NCBI RefSeq assembly: GCF_001194135.2 | Contig: NC_068982.1 | Span: 108,275,267 to 108,339,266, forward strand | From: Octopus bimaculoides | Taxonomy: Eukaryota | DNA: 64,000 nucleotides | Reading direction: 5' to 3' | Shown: positions 41,471-54,338 of the stretch, piece by piece | Numbering within the stretch: the first letter of the stretch is position 1 | Layout of the letters: every line of letters begins with the position of its first letter | Program-made: the position numbers and the translations under genes | The notes under the pieces: model-generated | Told to the model about the DNA's origin: nothing | Seen by the model: the letters and a program-made list of their open reading frames with translations, nothing else | Database searches by the model: none

Positions 41471-42109
41471 TAAAAACCAAAAAAGGAAGAAGTTTGTATT
41501 TCACCCTTCAGGTAAAATAAGTACCAATCAAGTATTGACGTCGATTTATTCAACTGTTCAGTTTTCCAAAATGTGTGGCCTAATGCCTATGTCTGTAACC
41601 AATATAAAGCCTTAATAAATCTCCCAGTCAAAGTCAGAAACTGACGGTCCAATTTTGCTGCGGTGTCAAATAAAGTACGATCACAAAAAGTTACAAAACA
41701 AGGTAAAAAATTTCTACTTCGACTTGACTTCCTTGATATTTATGCCAAAAAGGAAATGTTTTGTGGTACCTGGACCTTTAATTCATTTGCTTATTTATTT
41801 TAGTATGTGAAATCATGAATAAATTGAAACTGATTTCAGCTAAATCTAAAATCAAGCCACAATTTAATTTTGCCGGCTTGTTCTGTTAAAAACAATTTCT
41901 GAATTTGGTATACCGGATTCCTTATCAAGACGAAACAGAATGAGACGATACAAAATGAAAGCTATTCAGTTCACTAACTAGAAAATATCGTCCGCGCAGC
42001 TACTTAATCCGAAATACGTGGTTCATTCATCCATCCCTTCCTTTCTTCCTCCCCATCTCTTCTTTTCTTCCTTCCTCCATCTCTCCAGCCATCTTCTCCG
42101 CCCACTATT

Positions 42110-42465
42110 CTTGAGAAGGATGTCCGGAATAGAGCTCTCTGGCACCTCCTTCATAGGGACCTATCAAAAGCAATCATCATTACACTCTCCGGCTGGTTTC
42201 CCAAGCATGACCGTCTGAGACTATGGATATTGTCCAACCATTTCCTTCTTGGTCTACCTCTAGGTCTTCTTGCCTTGAAGAATCCGTCATGCGATCTTTG
42301 CTACGACATTCTAATCACATACCTGTAGTACCGGAACTGTGACTTCTTGATATGGAGAAGTAGCGGCTCGATTTGGAGAGAGTTCCTGATCTTCGAGCTA
42401 TGTCGAGGAACGTTACCCCAGAGATTCTTCCGAGGAACCCCATTTCGGCTGCTTGTATTCGTGAT
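42110..42465 (-). mobile_element. RTE-clade LINE 3' fragment
   Basis: RIQAAEMGFL.RISG..IRNSLQIEPLLLHIKKSQ..RM..RPRGRPRRKWLDNI. Confidence 0.85.
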
Positions 42466-42789
42466 CAAATTCTTTCAGTCATTACCCAATATTATGTAGT
42501 GCATAATGAATTGTGGCGAAAAATCTTTCAAGATAGAGCACTAATCGATCGCAAGAAGCTTTCCTCCAAAAACTTACTATTTATCTTCCAATAAGACAAA
42601 TTTGAGCTAGTAGAATTAAGTGTTATTTTACTCAGAAACAAACGAAAATACCAGCAACGTAAAATGATCTCACTCTTCTTTAGCGAGTCGTTCAATACAT
42701 TATCCATTTTTCCGAAGACGTTTCAAGGAGAAATAAAAACAGAAGCTCATGCATGGCTGTGCAGTTAAGAAGCTCGTTTTGCTACCTTG

Positions 42790-43120
42790 TATTTTTTTTT
42801 CAATCTCACTGCGTTGCACTCTGGAGTTCCGAGCCGACCAGTGCCTTGTGAGTGAATTTGGTAGACGGAAACTGTGTAGAAGCCCATCGTATATATATAT
42901 ATATATATGTATGAGTATGTATGTATTATGTATGTATGTATGTGTGTAGGTCTTTGTGAATGTATTTGTCGTCTCCCCATCGCTTGACAACCGGACTGGT
43001 AGAATAAATACTAGGTTTTAAAAAATTAAGTACTAAGGTCGATTTGTTCGACTAAACCCTTCCAGGTGGGGGCCCAGTGTGGCCGCAATTTAATGACTGA
43101 ATCAAGTAAATGATAAAAGG
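42790..43120 (+). mobile_element. SINE family A
   Basis: gccttgtgagtgaatttggtagacggaaactg, internal (TA)/(TATG), cgcttgacaaccg, tail aatgactgaatcaagtaaa. Confidence 0.85.
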
Positions 43121-43748
43121 TAAAAGATAAAACTTAAAATACGAAAAAAAAAATGCATTAATAAAGTGATAGTGTCACTCGAATGATAACCGCATTAGTT
43201 GACTGAAACTAACTCCTTCCTCTCTTGACTCTCATGAAATAAGATTACAGACAGCAAGATATTTCTCTACCGCATTTTCTGTTTCACACACTCCATAATC
43301 TATCCTATCATTATTAGATTTCCGTTTAATTTATTACTCATCACTAAGCAACTCATACATTTGTTAGTTGGCATTTAATTTTCGCATAAACTCTGCTGAC
43401 ATGAATTATGATTTAGTTATAATTTACTAGATTTTCTTTATTTTATATTCTGCCCTACTTCAAAACAGACCCTGAAGAAGACATTGCATGTGAGAGCTAT
43501 CAATTATCTCAGAGTTAGTTGTGACTGGTAACACCCTTCACTTATAATACTTTTTTCATATTCTTAGTGAAAAAGAACCTATCGTTTCATTTGTATATCT
43601 ATATATTTATTTATTCATGTATTTACTTATTTAATCAATTTAAGCTCCCGTGTGAAGCCAGAAAGCTATGACAAACTAAAAATATGTTATTTAATACTCT
43701 TGTTTTACATGTGTGTGAGTGTATGTGTGAGAGAGAGGGAGAGAGAGG

Positions 43749-43784
<36 letters not shown>

Positions 43785-44129
43785 AAGAAAGAGAGAGAAA
43801 GAAAGAAAGAGAGGGTGGCAAACATGTGAGAAGAATAGGGAAAGGACAAAGAAGAGCTAGATCTTTCTTGTTAAATCCTCATTGTAACTGTCATGAATTA
43901 GATCTTATTTATGACTTATAAATTCTTGAGAATGAAATATAGCTCTAATTTTGGTAACCTTTTGAAGTTCAATTTCAAAATGTCATCTCTCTCAAATTGG
44001 TGACTTTAGAACTAACTGGAATCTAAAGAAAGTCTAAAATGAATTACCAGACCTCATTGCTACGTATGCGCTTCACGCAAATGCAAAACCATTTCTCGAG
44101 GCCTCGGCAGTGGTGCCACTAAGAAGCTC

Positions 44130-44240
44130 TAACTTTGACTTAAAGCAAAGTCGATCCCGATTCATTTGAAACTGAGTGTAATGGGGACTTGAACAAATTC
44201 TGCAAGATAGTTCGGCATTCCACTGGTTCTACCATTGCAT
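44130..44240 (-). mobile_element. SINE family B head fragment
   Basis: aagcaaagtcgatc..atttgaaactgag..ctaccattgcatc. Confidence 0.5.
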
Positions 44241-44287
44241 CATCTTCAATACTACTAATACTAACACTACTACTGCTATTACTATTG

Positions 44288-44359
<72 letters not shown>

Positions 44360-44539
44360 ATAATAATAATAATAATAACTAACAAGCATATCATAACAAT
44401 AAAATTCTTTAGGGGGAGAATGCCTTCCAGGGGCAACAAAGGAACCTCCTCGGATTCCGAGTCGCTCTACTTTCCAGGAATACCATGGCAAGTGTTCCTT
44501 CTTCCTATTCTTCCTCCGTAATCTTCAGCTAACAGTTGC

Positions 44540-45090
44540 ATGCTTAGAATAGATCCATTCACCCGGATCACTCTTGCTGCATTCACTCACCTCTTTACAG
44601 ATTTACTGGTTAAAGAAAGCGCCCCCCTCGCCACTTTCATTTTCTTTTCGAAATGGAACTTAAAAAAGTTGACGAGGAAAGTGTCTGAAAGTTGACGAGG
44701 AAAGAGTCTGAAAAGGAAAGTGTCTGTTTTCAATCCTTTCATCGCATCTATCATACAGCCTCTTTCACCATTGCCACCAGTCACAGGAAATCTGCTTTCC
44801 TTTCCAGTCAAAGGAAGGTGATAAGGCAGTCTTCACGATGGAGTTGGCTGATAACTGGATTCAACATAATCACACAAATCAGCAATGCTCGAGTACTGTA
44901 GGAACACTACCTTGCCTGAAGAGTTTATCAAGATCCAACAATGCCCCTTCCCCGTAGCACTGCAAGATCAAGGACTTCTGGAAATTATCTATCGACTTCG
45001 GTCCGAAAGTCCTCCGGGAAGACCAATCGGTTGATTTTCATTGATACCCAGGATTTTTCTGAGGACGTCGTCGCTCTTTCCCTCCACTAA
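44540..45090 (-). mobile_element. Third Tx1/L1-clade LINE 3' fragment
   Basis: Minus strand DNFQKSLILQCYGEGAL..DKL and LVNFFKFHFEKKMKVAR..SVKRW, homologous to 5935-6355. It contains a local 23-bp tandem duplication at about 44665-44726. Confidence 0.8.
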
Positions 45091-45119
45091 TTCTCTACAT
45101 GAAGGTGAGCACTTGACTG

Positions 45120-45260
45120 CATTCTTGGTACCAGGCGCCCAGAGAGGATGAAAGGTAAAGTTGAGCTCGGTGGGATTTGAACTCAGAACGTAATGAACCG
45201 GAAGAAGTTTAGCAAGACATATTTTCCGACCTTCCAACGATTCTACCAAATCACCACCTT
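45120..45260 (-). mobile_element. SINE family B copy
   Basis: ggatgaaaggtaaagttgagctcggtgggatttgaactcagaacgtaa..ctaacga-like head. Confidence 0.8.
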
Positions 45261-45447
45261 CTAATCATTTCTAAGGCCTGAAATTTGGAAATGGGATTAA
45301 TCAATGCCATTGATCTTTTTGGTATTTATTCTATCGGTTTCTTTTGACAACCGCTAGGTTATGGGTACGTAAACAAACACCAGTTGCCAAGTGGTGGTGG
45401 TGGTAGGACTAGCACAAACACACACCCTCATAATATATATATATATA

Positions 45448-45787
45448 AGTAGGTTGCTTACTAACCACATGGTTCTGGGTGCATTCTCACTGCGTGGTAT
45501 CTTGGGCAAGTGTCTTCTACTATAGCCTCGGGCCGACCAAAGCCTTGTGAGTGAATTTGGTAGACGGAAACTGAAAGAAGCTTGTCGTATATATGTATAT
45601 ATATATGTATGTATGTGTATATGTTTGTATGTCTGTGTTTGTCCCCCCAACATCGCTTGACAACCGATGCTGATGTGTCTAGGTCCCCGTAACTTAGAGG
45701 TTCGGCCAAAGATACCGATAGAATAAGTACTAGGCTTACAAAGAATAAGTCCTGTGGTCGATTTGCTCGACTAAAGGCGGTGCTCCA
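45448..45787 (+). mobile_element. SINE family A, near consensus
   Basis: taggttgcttactaaccacatggttctgggt..gactaaaggcggtgctcca, truncated by an N gap. Confidence 0.9.
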
Positions 45788-45819
45788 NNNNNNNNNNNNN
45801 NNNNNNNNNNNNNNNNNNN

Positions 45820-45858
<39 letters not shown>

Positions 45859-46757
45859 CCTGCTTCCAAACAGTTTCTGTCAACGAAATTCACTCAAAAG
45901 GCATTGGTCAAACTAGGACAATAGTAGAAGGTTCTTTTCCTGAGGATCTTACAATATTATGTGGTTCCAAAGTGAGCTTCTTCGACTCGAGAAGAATGGA
46001 AGATATTGTCAATCTTGGTGGATTTGAACTAAGAACTTAGAAGAACATAACTAAATATCGCAAGACATTTCTGTATGTTTATAATACAATTCTAGAAAAT
46101 TCATTGGCATTTTACTTCTTACGTAATATTAATACTAAACAAACAAACGAACAAACAAATAATTAATAATTGTTTTCGTTCGAGCAATTATGCAGATGTT
46201 CTAATGAATGTAAGTTTATTAGGTTTATTGCAAAATTTACGTTGTGTTTCCTCCTCTTTTCACTCTCCCAGTAAGTTAAGTGTTTTATAGTCAAATTGAA
46301 TTTCGCAATCCTTTGTTTACTTCAAGACGAGCATTTTCCCATGAATACGATGCTGAGCAACAACTAATCGCCGACCATTAAATCGCAAGATTCACTGACA
46401 ACAAGGAAGAACGAATAAATAAGTAGTCTGAATAACTCATGTATAGAACGCACCTTTGGTTACTGCAAGCATTTTATTACCACTTCCATTACCAATACAT
46501 GTATTATATATGCGTATGTGCATGCATGAGTGTGTGTGCGCGCATGTGTGCATGGCCATATATGTGTATGGATATGAAGACACGTACACACATACACACC
46601 ACACATATATGAATGTATGTATGTAAACGTGTGTATATATGTATGTGTATGTATATTCATATAAAATATATACATACATACATATGTTTTATATATGTGT
46701 GCATATACTTCATATACTTGTCTACATCTGCATGTACTTGGGATATATATGTATATT

Positions 46758-46797
<40 letters not shown>

Positions 46798-46945
46798 TAT
46801 ATACATATATACGCATATATATATGTATATATTCATGTATATGTATATGTGTGTATATATAAATATATGTATGTCTATAAGTAAACACACATATACACAT
46901 ATACACACACACATATATATTTACAACCATATGTATGTGTGTATA

Positions 46946-46988
<43 letters not shown>

Positions 46989-47483
46989 ATGTTTTTACAT
47001 GTGTGTGCCTGTGAATGGGTATACATGTACACACACTCACAGACTTGTACACACATGTACAAACACTGCGATTTGCATTAATAATTTCACTGACGGTTTC
47101 AGATATCACAAGCTCCAAGATATTTATGACAGCGTTTAAAACATTTTAGTCTAGGAAAATATTAACTAACAAGAAAGATATTTGATCAATTCTATTTCTT
47201 AAGTAAGATGTTTATCAACGCCACCATCAACATCATCATCATCATTAGCAGCAGCAGCAGCAACAGCACAACTACCATCATCATCGTGACCTTTTCCTTC
47301 TTTTGTGTTTGTACTTTTGAGAATATGTTGGAATGAATAGATGAAATATTGAAAAGTGCATATTTACAGCAGACTAACTAATGACTAAGACAATTAAATG
47401 AGTAATATAATATTCTGTTTAGTACCAGATAATGTTGTATTTTTCTCTGTGTACGTGTGTGTTTGTATGTACATACACGCATG

Positions 47484-47515
<32 letters not shown>

Positions 47516-47549
47516 CATACATACATATATACATACATACATACATACA

Positions 47550-47583
<34 letters not shown>

Positions 47584-47782
47584 CGTACGTACGTACATGT
47601 GTGTGTGTGTGTCTGTGTCTGTGTGTGTGTGTAGATCGGAAGAGGAAAGGAATAGTTAGTGAGATTACTGTTCAGTTTGAAATTATTATTATTGTTTCTG
47701 TTGTTGCTGTTGTTGTTGTTGTTCGTTGTACTAACATGTACTCAAGTACTCTCCGTAAGTTGTTTTTTTTTTCGCACATAAG

Positions 47783-47935
47783 CACAGGCGTGAGTGGTAA
47801 GAAGCTTGCTTTCCAACTACCAGGTTCCAGATTCGGTCTCACTCCGTGGCACCTTGGGCAACTGTCTTCTACTATGGTCACGGGCCAACCAAAGTAAATC
47901 TGGTACACGGAAACTGAAAGAAGCCCGTCGTGTAT
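47783..47935 (+). mobile_element. SINE family A 5' half
   Basis: gcacaggcgtgagtggtaagaagcttgcttt..ggaaactgaaagaagcccgtcg. Confidence 0.85.
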
Positions 47936-48044
47936 ATATATATATATATAAAGCTTGGTTTATAAATATTCAAATTAAAATCAGAAAATGGAGATGTAGC
48001 ATTGATATAATTTATTAACTGCAAAAATTCAACATGTTCTCCTC

Positions 48045-48159
48045 CAGCTGTTTCGATTTTGCCCAAAAGAATTAAATTCTAGTAATTGCAACGAGGTTTT
48101 GCCCCAAAAATGTTTTAATTACTGGAATTTAATTCTTTTGGGCAAAATCGAAACAGCTG
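48045..48159. mobile_element. 115-bp hairpin MITE-like element
   Basis: 43-bp inverted arms (48045-48087 and 48117-48159) with one mismatch and a 29-bp spacer. TA follows the right end. Confidence 0.7.
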
Positions 48160-48166
48160 TAAGGTC

Positions 48167-48593
48167 GTGGAGGAAAAAATGACAGGAGGAGCTGCAGAAA
48201 AGATGAAGAGTGCTAATATCACCACTACCACCACCACTACCACCACCACTACTACCGCCGTATCAGTTAGCAGTGACAGCAATTACAACAACAACGACGA
48301 CGCCCACGGCGATGACATTAGCAACAACATTAAAGTTGAAGCAGTTTGTGACAAGGACACTTCCAACCTCACTAACACCACCGCTATAACCGTCAAAAGT
48401 GATAAAAACAATTCTACTACGACGACTACTAACTGCTGCTAACTCAAACGCCGCCACCACTTCTACTAATGTAACTGCCCAAAGAAGAAGTAGCATCGGT
48501 ACCACAAAGACGAAATCATTCGGAGAAGTGGCAACAAATATAATCATTAGCGAACAAATATCCCAATTTGAAAAATGCCAAACGTCGAAGTAA
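48167..48593 (+). other. Thr/Asn/Ser-rich coding-like frame with one apparent frameshift
   Basis: ORFs 48167-48442 and 48399-48593 join if one A is removed in actactaactgct near 48428. Confidence 0.3.
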
Positions 48594-48600
48594 AAAAATT

Positions 48601-49061
48601 GGTGTTACTTTGGCGTGTGATCTACAAGAGAGATTACTTTAGGTTATTTTGTAGCTTACTTTTCAATTTCTAAAAACCCGTAAGATGTTGGCTAAAGACT
48701 TTTACAATGGGATCAGCGACGAGACGAAGGTAGTTGCATTTTTACAAGAAACCAGCACTGAATTCACATCATTTCTTAAAAAAAGAAAGATGGCACTTCA
48801 GCGTGTGATCTACAATTTAAAGAGAGGTTACGTTAGGTTATATTTTAGTTTACTTTGTGTCAGTTCTACTTTCCGTGTGATCTACGTGAGCAAATTTACT
48901 TTGGTGCGTGATCTACGCACTTATTTTAATTATTATATGGTTTTCTTATTAAAATTGTAAGAATTTTGAAAAAATACATTTACAATGCTAAGTATGTACA
49001 AAATAAATTTAAAAGTAACCTAAAGTAATCTCCTTTGTAGATCACACGCCAAAGTAGCACC
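48601..49061. mobile_element. 461-bp MITE, probably Mutator/MULE-like
   Basis: TIRs of about 50 bp, GGTGTTACTTTGGCGTGTGATCTAC.. and ..GTAGATCACACGCCAAAGTAGCACC. The 9-bp flanks AAAAAAATT and AAAAAAATC match at 8 of 9 positions. Confidence 0.75.
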
Positions 49062-49203
49062 AAAAAAATCTATCAACAAATTGCTACATTATAAGTACCC
49101 ACAACTAATGAAAAAACTGCCAGACGAACAATTGTTTGTAGGTGCATATCGATCAAAGCCCAAAGGGTGGAAATGGCCAAACACACGCAAACACAGTCAT
49201 ACG

Positions 49204-49247
<44 letters not shown>

Positions 49248-49253
49248 TGCATG

Positions 49254-49293
<40 letters not shown>

Positions 49294-51558
49294 ACACACA
49301 AATTCTAGAAATACGTGAAGTATTCTTTTGTCCCGTGTAAGAAGGAAGAGTTTGCCCTCATTTCTACTTATCTGAGAAGACGGATAGTAAAGGTGAAAAT
49401 ATTCGGTGTACCACAAGTGCAGAACATCTGGTGGGTTGTAGCGTGCTTCGTCCTAGAGAGAAGTGACATTCTCCTGGACATAAAAAAATAGACAGAATAG
49501 GATTTGATATCTTATTACAAATGAAACCAGAACACCTGAAAAAGATTGATTCTGGATCTAGTCCAAATACCGAATGGGATCGAATTCCGCTAGTATGTCC
49601 TGCAATGAGGGCGATAAAAATGAAAATGAGAAAAGGAAGAGAAAAGAGAAAAAGGAAAAGGGACCAAACAAATCCGCCCTCACAAAAAACTGGAAGATCT
49701 GAAGGGAGGAAATTTGAAGAGCACACTACTAACACTAACCTCCACCACTGGAAAGAGACAGCTGGAAGAGGGTACTTTGATTTAGTAGTCAGGGTGACCG
49801 TAAATTTTGTGAAATTTCTCTCAGAAGTCTTCCCCCTTATGTCAAAATTTGAAACGAATTAGTTAGTAACCTGGTAAAGTTGTTAGAGCGCCGAACTTGT
49901 ATGATGAAAAATTGTCCTAACGTACTTTGCGCGATTCTTTACATTCTAAATTCAAATTCCACCGCAGTCAAATTAGTGTTGTTTACTGTTAATGAAATTA
50001 TTCAAGGTTATTAAAATATAAATATATTTCATGGCAAACATGGATAAAAGAAGTATTCGTAATTTAAAAAAAGGGTGGTGTTCAAATTTAACAATATTCA
50101 GTTTCAAGCAGAACGTTCAAAGTCAGCTGCTGTATAAGGATGCCCTAATAATATTTACCGATCCTCTGTTATTGATATATTCTAGTATGTACCTATGTTT
50201 ATCCGTATAAGTAATTTGTCAATGATCTTTCAGAAAGAGATGTGTATCATTCGTGTTCTACCAACTACAAAAAGAGTAGCGTTGGAGTGTCGATAATCAG
50301 TACGTTATTGTTATTTCTTATATGGAGAGTACTGTCGGAGACTATTTTTCTTTTGTCATCCTGTGATTTGTCGGCATGCTAAATAATATTTTCATTTTGT
50401 CATAGAAAATGTTCGAAGACACGCGAAAGTTCATGTGGATACCACACAACTTCTTTTTCTTCCTTTCTTTTTTCCTATCTTTTCTTTTTTCTTTTCTTTC
50501 TTTTTTTTTTGTTTTGTTTTTTGAAGCAGAAGTTGGCTAGCAAGAAGTATCGAAATATGCAGAGCAGCTTTGCTACGTTATTGTGCCTCCAAATTCATTG
50601 TCGGAGCAAGTATGAAACATCTTAACAATGTTGTGTATTGATTCAGGAAATGCAACACATAGGTGACATTTATCATCTATATAATGGAAGAATTGAGGAT
50701 ATTTCATTCAATATATCTATTGGTGATAGTCTGTTTCTGTCTCTTAAATGCTGTTGCTTCTATTGCTCATTCAGATCAGGTTTGTATATATAGGTCAAAT
50801 GCTTTTTAAAATTTATATAAAGAACATCTAGTTCTCAGATACATTGACCGTGTAAAAACATGCTTTTATGCTTGTTCATTAAGGTTAACTCATGTGCCGT
50901 AAATATATGCTCGTTTCTGTAAATACTTTAAGTTTAGAATTTAACTATTCTAAATAGAATTATTATTGTTATTTAATGCGCTACATTTGGAATCAATGTC
51001 CTTGATACCGGGTCACAACCAGTTTCCTTAGATATCGAGAACCATTTGAACAATCTTTGCTGCTACTAACAGAGCAGATTTCTGTACTAATGCAACTCTC
51101 GTAGTTACACTAATCTCATTAACGAAACTTCTAAGTCTGTGGGTAACGGTACCTAGAGCACCTATAGGTACTGGGATTACTTTTACAGAAACTCTCTACT
51201 GTTTTCACATTTCCCTAGCTAAGTCTTGATATTTTCCTATTTCCCTGTTTTTTGACCGCTACATTCATTTCAGCAGGCACAGCCATATCTATGATGATAC
51301 ACTTTTTTGACACCTTGTCTAGAATGAAAATCTCTGGACTTCTTGATTGAATTTCGTGGTCAGTCTGAACTGTCACACTCTCCAGTTATTGCTGCTACGA
51401 TTTTCTGCTTATTTGAAGCCCTTTTGCTGTATTATGTCTTAATGTAATGTCTTAGCTACATAATCATGTCTACGTCTATACCCTTTCTGTTCCAAAAAAA
51501 AAAAAAAACAGAACCTGTGTGTACAACAGACTCCTCTCTCTCTCGTTACTCAGATTTC

Positions 51559-51609
<51 letters not shown>

Positions 51610-51611
51610 GC

Positions 51612-51712
51612 AGGGCGAAATTCTTAACGGTATTCCGTTTGTCCTCACGTTCTAATTTCAAATTCCGCCGCGGTCGACTTTGCCTTTGTGCCAAAACTTA
51701 AAACCAATATTA
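51612..51712 (+). mobile_element. SINE family B fragment
   Basis: cacgttctaatttcaaattccgccgcggtcgactttgcctttgtgccaaaacttaaaacc, with the core internally deleted. Confidence 0.75.
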
Positions 51713-53972
51713 AAAGATTGAAAGACTACGGGTTTATGAACATGTCTCTTGTAGATCTGGCTCTGATGAAGCTATACTGATAGTCATTGCTAGAGTGGAA
51801 CTTGTTAAATATGAGAGATGCTCATGACTAATACACCTTTAAGTTGCTGAATGTGAGTGATGTTTATAGTTCATAGAATCATAAACTTGTATGATGAAAG
51901 ATTGTCCTACCGAGTGTACATATGATTATTACAAAATAATAATGTAATAAAAGTAAATAAAACAGCATATTAATATTATTAATATCTATCATGATTCTAC
52001 CGTGATGCAGTTGTTTTGTATGACGATACTGCCTTCTTCATATCTTATGATGTGAAATTTAAAATTTAAAGAATTAGCAGACACATATATATTACATACG
52101 TACATATGTGTGTGCCTGTGTATGTATGTAAGTATGTATGCATGTTTGCATGCGGGCATGGATAGATGAATTAATGGATGGAAGGGTGAGTGGATGTGTA
52201 TGTGTATGTATATATTACTGAAATTGTATAAATTTTCTAAAATACGCATACAATGGATCACCATGGATTTAAAGAAGAGAATTACTTCATTTTCACTGAA
52301 TATTCGCTAATTGTAAAATTCTTCTCCTAAACATAGCTTTGAAGCATTCCACCAGTTTCTCTTACGTCGCCGATGTTGTCTTAATGCAGAGGTAGCTATT
52401 AATAAGTTGCAAATTATGTAGAAATATTAGTGGTGATAAATCAAAATGCTCAACAATTTATTTTGACAGCTTGTCTTTCACCTTCATACAAGTCACATAG
52501 AAATTCCATATTTTATTGACTCCACGATGCTTGACCTGAGAATTAGGAATTAAAAAAAAAAACAAAGGAAGAAAACAATCTTCAACTAAATCGAATTTCT
52601 TATTTAATCGAACTGAGTTTCAGCATTTGGGTGATCTAGTTCATAAATAAATTTAAGCCACTATTAAAATATCCGAGTCAGTTTTTAAGCATTTTAATTT
52701 CAGATCAGTCATATAAATAATTAAGCTTGTAAAGTAAAGTATTTATCCATATTACTTCCATATGATTATCTGTGAGAGAACAGCAGAGCCACCTCAATTT
52801 TATGTTTATACTAAGATCGATAACTTCCGCCCTGTAGGTTAGGATTATGTCTGATTATAGCCGCTTTATCTTATAAATATTTTGATTTCTGGTGATTAAG
52901 TACGAAACCAAATTTTGCGAAGGAGCCAATATATACCATTGAATGGGCGCAAATAATCATGTTTAACAATTCTTTTAACCAATACGTTTTTCTTCGAAAA
53001 TTTTATTAGCATATACGAACTGCATACTAGACGACATTCGTATAAACCTTTACATTGTTTTTCTAACTGAATTTTCGATAAAACAGCTTTTCAAAATTAA
53101 AGATTATTTTTGGATAGTAACAAAAATATGAGAATTTCAAATTCCTCGTAATCATTTCTTTTGCTGACTAAGAAATGCAAGAGAATGCTAGAGCTGGAGC
53201 TTTCGTATTTTACGTTGCCAAAAGTCCACTCGCCTGCCTTACCTTGCCAGCAATAAATCACATATAAACGTTAATAGTTTCTGTTTAATTTACATATTTT
53301 TATTCTTATTCTTACAGTTTTTCATTTACCATATATTTAAGAATCATTTAACGTACTTTATATTAGAATATTTTAGCACTGTAGTCACAATTTCATACAT
53401 ACAAATAGCCAGCTTATTTAATCTTAAGTAACTGCTTAGTATTAAATAGGTTAGCCACCTGTGTGCATGATTTTTTAAATTTTTTTATCACAAATTCCCT
53501 ATGTTTTTTAATCTAATACCCAGTTACAAAAATTTCGGTATCTGAAATGTGTGATAAATCATAAATGTTAAAAATTTACATTTTAATGGAAGTTGAACGT
53601 GTATACAAGGGAATGACTGAGTGAAAAGGTGTCTTTGAATACTATTGTTAGGCTTGCTACCGAACACAGAAACCACCAGCTTTTATCTGACACCTCATAT
53701 ACGGAGTTCATATTTCTATATATATAAGGCTTACTCAGAGTGGAAGTGGTAGCACTTATTAGTTATTACCCTTTTTGTTGGGGACTTCAGGAATGGTGGG
53801 GAAAATGGAGAAGTTAATTACAATTCATGGGTTGTCCTAACGCAAGAGATCTGGTGTGAATGCTTTGGATGCTGACATACAATTTCTTTCAAACTTCAAC
53901 ACAATATAGTTGACAACTTATTCATTTTTGAAAAATTGGAAGTATATTTCAACACTGTTACTTGTTCGAAGT

Positions 53973-54338
53973 GGAGGCGCAATGGCCCAGTGGTTAGGGC
54001 AGCGGACTCGCGGTCATAGGATCGCGGTTTCGATTCCCAGACCGGGCGTTGTGAGTGTTTATTGAGCGAAAACACCTAAAACTCCACGAGGAGAATGGTG
54101 GCGAACCCTGCTCTACTCTCTCTCTCACTCTTACTTCCTGTTTCTGTTGTTCCTGTAATTCAAAGGGTCAGTTTTGTCATACTGTGTCACGTTGAATATG
54201 CCCGAGAACTACGTTAAGGGTACACGTGTCTGTGGAGTGCTCAGCCACTTGCACGTTAATTTCACGAGCAGGCTGTTCCGTTGATCGGATCAACTGGAAC
54301 CCTCGACGTTGTAAGCGACAGAGTGCCAACACAACAAC
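53973..54338 (+). mobile_element. tRNA-derived SINE, distinct family, apparently full length
   Basis: A box tggcccagtgg and B box ggtttcgattccc, but no complete cloverleaf. A long unique body ends in (CAA)n. Confidence 0.8.

Noticed and set aside
49521-49862. 113-aa basic ORF
   Set aside because: It has a purine-rich low-complexity middle and its end runs into a SINE fragment. No motif was recognised.
53973-54050. Possible tRNA gene
   Set aside because: A and B boxes are present, but there is no proper acceptor stem and the sequence continues into a SINE body.
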